This document shows, one piece after another, positions 60,600 to 64,000 of a DNA stretch of 64,000 bases (position 1 is the first letter of the stretch; each line of letters starts with the position of its first letter). Source of the DNA: Octopus bimaculoides (Eukaryota); assembly GCF_001194135.2 (NCBI RefSeq), contig NC_068981.1:95127618-95191617 (forward strand), read 5' to 3'. The notes under the pieces are model-generated. The model saw only the letters and a program-made list of their open reading frames with translations, had not been told where the DNA came from and made no database searches. The position numbers were made by a program, and so were the translations under genes.

Positions 60600-61635
60600 G
60601 ATGCTTGGAACTTCTCTGCATTACTGACATTATAGACATTATATCTACAACACCGATTTTTTTTACTAATGTTTATCTTAACTACCTCAATTTTTCAAAA
60701 AGCTATATTCCTAATACCATTACAAATTACTAGTTTCACTACCATAACATATATATTTTCATTGCACGCTTTATTTTTTAATTACTACACATACATACAC
60801 AAATATACATGCACATAAACATTGATTTTTTTTCTTTTTGCTGCGTACACTTCTACAACACCGTTTTCTTTACGTGCTATACGGGCAGAAGTAAATCTGC
60901 CTTCAACTCAGTCGCACACTTGTGTTTCGCTCAATTTTTGTGTGTTTTACTACATAAAAGTCACCAACTACCTACTCTGAGTAGTTACTGAGGGCACGTG
61001 TTTGGTATGTATGTATGTATGTATGTATGCATGTATGTATGTATGTGTGGGTGTGTGTGTGTATGTACGTACGTATGTATTATGTATCCATGTATGTATG
61101 CATGTATGTATGTATGTATGTATGTATGTATGCCGTTGTTTAGTTTTATTTCAAGATTTCTTGCTAATAGAGAAAGAGCCAGTTTCTAACCTAGATTCAA
61201 GGTGCCTTTATTGGAATTTCAACATCAACAACAAGGTATGTATGTATGTATGCATGCATGTATGTATGTATGTATGTATGTATGTATGTATGTATGTATG
61301 TATGCATGCATGCATGCATGTATGTATGTATGTATGTATGTATGTGTGCAGATTTGTATGTTTTGCTTTATGTATGTNNNNNNNNNNATGCCGTTGTTTA
61401 GTTTTATTTCAAGATTTCTTGCTAATAGAGAAAGAGCCAGTTTCTAACCTAGATTCAAGGTGCCTTTATTGGAATTTCAACATCAACAACAAGGTATGTA
61501 TGTATGTATGCATGCATGTATGTATGTATGTATGTATGTATGTATGTATGTATGTATGTATGCATGCATGCATGCATGTATGTATGTATGTATGTATGTA
61601 TGTGTGCAGATTTGTATGTTTTGCTTTATGTATGT

Positions 61636-61822
61636 ATTCTCATGCATATAGTTGCATATCTAGACATGCTCATATCTATTTAGATGGTAAACTAGAAAGT
61701 TTTACAGATTTTTACAGTTCCACTGATGGATTGGATTTGTAGTCTCCGAATGAGCTTTCTCCTCTCTGGTTTTGAGAAGCCTGATTTCCTAAGATTGGTA
61801 TTTTGGTAGTGTGTTACATATC
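61636..61822 (-). mobile_element. R4/Dong-like 3' end (copy of 57345-57540)
   Basis: LGYVTHYQNTNLRKSGFSKPERRKLIRRLQIQSISGTVKICKTF. Confidence 0.8.
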
Positions 61823-61881
61823 CTAATCTGAATGTAAAGGTAAAGAAAATAAAAAGAGAAAAAAGTAACACATACACACAG

Positions 61882-61913
<32 letters not shown>

Positions 61914-62161
61914 TATATTATATATAGGTGCGCCGATCCGTGCATACACCTATGTGTATATACTCATCCACCCTCTTAATAACGGTCAACCACACAGTAA
62001 TTTCCCTTTGTTTAACGGTCATTTCCATAGAAATTTTCAATGGCCAGATAACTTGGAGTTTTATCATGGCTACCGAATAAGTGTCACATATTTTTACAGA
62101 TAAATTCCTCTATTTACATAATATCGAGGTCTCTTTCTTTCTTTTGTTGTCCTTCCTATCA

Positions 62162-62169
<8 letters not shown>

Positions 62170-62195
<26 letters not shown>

Positions 62196-62570
62196 ATTTG
62201 TGTGTCTGTGTTTGTCTCCCTCACCATCACTTGACAACTGATGTTGGTGTGTTTACGTATCTGTAACTTGGCAGTTCAACAAAAGAGACCAATAGAATAA
62301 GTACTAGGCTTACAAAGAATAAGTCCTAGGGTTGATTTGTTCAACTAAAGGTGGTGCTCTGGCATGGCTGCAGTCAAATGAGAGAAAGAAGTAAAAGAAT
62401 AAAAGAACATATATATATGATGGGGTTCCTCACATTTTCTGTCTACTAAATCCATTCATAAGGCTTTGATTTGCTTGGTGCTATAGTAGAAGAAATTTTG
62501 CCCAAGATGCCACACAGTGTAACTGAAACCGGAACCATATGGTTTGGAAGTAAACTTCTTACAGCCACAA
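62170..62570. mobile_element. SINE family A tail (+) abutting a family A head (-)
   Basis: Tail at 62170-62405; reverse-complement head at 62410-62570. Confidence 0.7.
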
Positions 62571-62929
62571 TATCTTTCATTAACAACTTTTAATATTTTT
62601 CAAAACTGTTGATGTTGTCTGAAAAGTTAAGAATGTAATGATTATTTTTTAAATCATCTACTTTCAATTTAATTTTCAGGTTGAGTCAGGATGATACAAG
62701 ACTCAATGCTAGACCTTTAAATTATACTGACAGTCCATCTGATGGGCTTCTACTCTGTTTTGGTCCATCCAAATTCCCTCATAAATTTTGGGTCAATCCA
62801 AGGCTATAGTAAAATCACTTGCTCAAGATGTTATATAGTAGGATTGAAATCAGGACATCATGGTTTTAAGCAAACTTTGTAAACACACAATCACACTGTT
62901 GTCTTTTCAGAATAAGATCATTAAGGTGA

Positions 62930-63530
62930 GATACGGCAGTGAACTGGTAGAATTGTTGGCACACCGGGAAAACTGCTTAGCAAAATTTTGTCTATCACTA
63001 CATTCTGAATTCAAATTCTGCCGAAGTTGACTTTGCCTTTCATCCTTTCAAGGTCAGTAAAATAAGTACCAGTTAATCACTGGGGGCAATGTACTCGACC
63101 AGCCCCTTCCCACAAAATTGCTAGCCTTGTGCTAAAATTTGAAATCATTATTAAGGTGAGCTGGCAGAATCATTAGCACACCAGGGAAAATGCTTAGTGG
63201 TATTGCATCCATTTTTATGTTCAGATTTCAAGTTCTGCTGAGGTCAGCTTTTCTTTTCATCCTTTCAGCATTGATGAAGTAAGTACCAGTTCAGCACTAG
63301 GGTTGATATTATTGATTAGGCCCCTCCCCCCAAATTTCAGGCCTTGTGCTTTTAAAAGAAAGGGTTATTAAGATGAGTAAGCTGGCGGAATCATTACTGC
63401 TTTGGAAAAAATGCTTTGAAGTATTTCTTCTAGGACTTTCCATTCTGAGCTTAAGTCCTGCTGTGATCAACTTTGTCTTTCATCGACTGATCCCCCTCCC
63501 CTCAAAGTTGCTAGTCTGTACCAATATTAG
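62930..63530 (+). repeat. Second head-to-tail SINE family B cluster (3 units)
   Basis: Unit starts at about 62930, 63150 and 63367. Confidence 0.75.
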
Positions 63531-63689
63531 AAAGAATTGTTAAAAATCATCTGTTGTTTTGCATAAATGCATACAAATTACCTATTTAATGCTTTAAAGT
63601 GTAATGTCTATAGGAAGTAGAGTGGGAGTTCCAGGGAATTATAGTTCAAGGAAGAAAAGATGATGAAACTAGGTTAGTATGAGTAGAGA

Positions 63690-63844
63690 CATGGTTGTGT
63701 GGTTGAGAAGTTTACTTCACAAACATACTGTCTTGGTTTCAGCCCCACTGTGTGACACATTGGGTAAGTGTTTTCTTCTATGTCCCTGGACCAACCAAAA
63801 CCTTGTAAGTGGATTTGGTAGAATGAAACTGAAAGAAGCCCATA

Positions 63845-63885
<41 letters not shown>
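63690..63885 (+). mobile_element. SINE family A head ending in (TA)n
   Basis: GTTGTGTGGTTGAGAAG...GAAACTGAAAGAAGCC followed by (TA)n. Confidence 0.7.
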
Positions 63886-63888
<3 letters not shown>

Positions 63889-64000
63889 AGGAAGTAAGAT
63901 GGAGAGGAGGTTCTGCGAGGTTCCTCACAGGCAAAGAACACAGGTACAAGATTTTCTGGGCAGGGAACACTGACGGGGTCGGGGGCGTAGGAATACTTCT
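63885..64000 (+). mobile_element. RTE-clade LINE APE endonuclease region (runs off the window)
   Basis: Open frame IQEVRWRGGSARFLTGKEHRYKIFWAGNTDGVGGVGILL (QE.RW and GVG motifs of LINE APE). Confidence 0.8.

Noticed and set aside
61130-61635. 248-bp tandem duplication
   Set aside because: Apparently identical copies directly flanking a 10-N gap; most likely an assembly artefact.
62670-62810. Possible host exon after the acceptor TTTTCAG (LSQDDTRLNARPLNYTDSPSDG...)
   Set aside because: No convincing donor site, no recognisable protein and no partner exons; the downstream part is a decayed SINE.

Overview
This is AT-rich animal genomic DNA from a gapped draft scaffold with 14 N-runs. The SINE families, (CA/TA/TATG)n density and RTE/R4/Penelope relics strongly resemble an octopus (cephalopod) genome; that is an inference from pattern recognition, with no database search. 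I found no intact host protein-coding gene, rRNA, true tRNA or CRISPR array. Most ORFs in the supplied track are microsatellite or N-gap artefacts, or pieces of dead transposons. The window is a dense stack of transposable elements. DNA transposons: one full-length mariner plus relics, a DD37D (maT) element, a hAT, a Merlin element carrying a transposase fragment, a Helitron relic and several foldback MITEs. LTR elements: a near-complete degenerate Gypsy and several solo LTRs. Non-LTR relics: R4/Dong-like, CRE, RTE, Tx1 and Penelope. There are also three tRNA-derived SINE families. The most unusual items are: (1) a GG...CC, 8-bp-TSD foldback family carrying head-to-head telomeric (TTAGGG)/(CCCTAA) arrays, present in two core orientations; (2) a TIR element encoding a SAP plus SWIM-like protein; (3) a seamless CRE-Penelope-Tx1 chimera; (4) a structured 130-bp tandem array; (5) a head-to-tail SINE array; (6) a conserved NRF1-like hairpin in two LTR families; (7) decayed hammerhead-like cores in Penelope-associated inverted repeats. 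All alignments, identities and coordinates were done by eye; boundaries of old relics are approximate.
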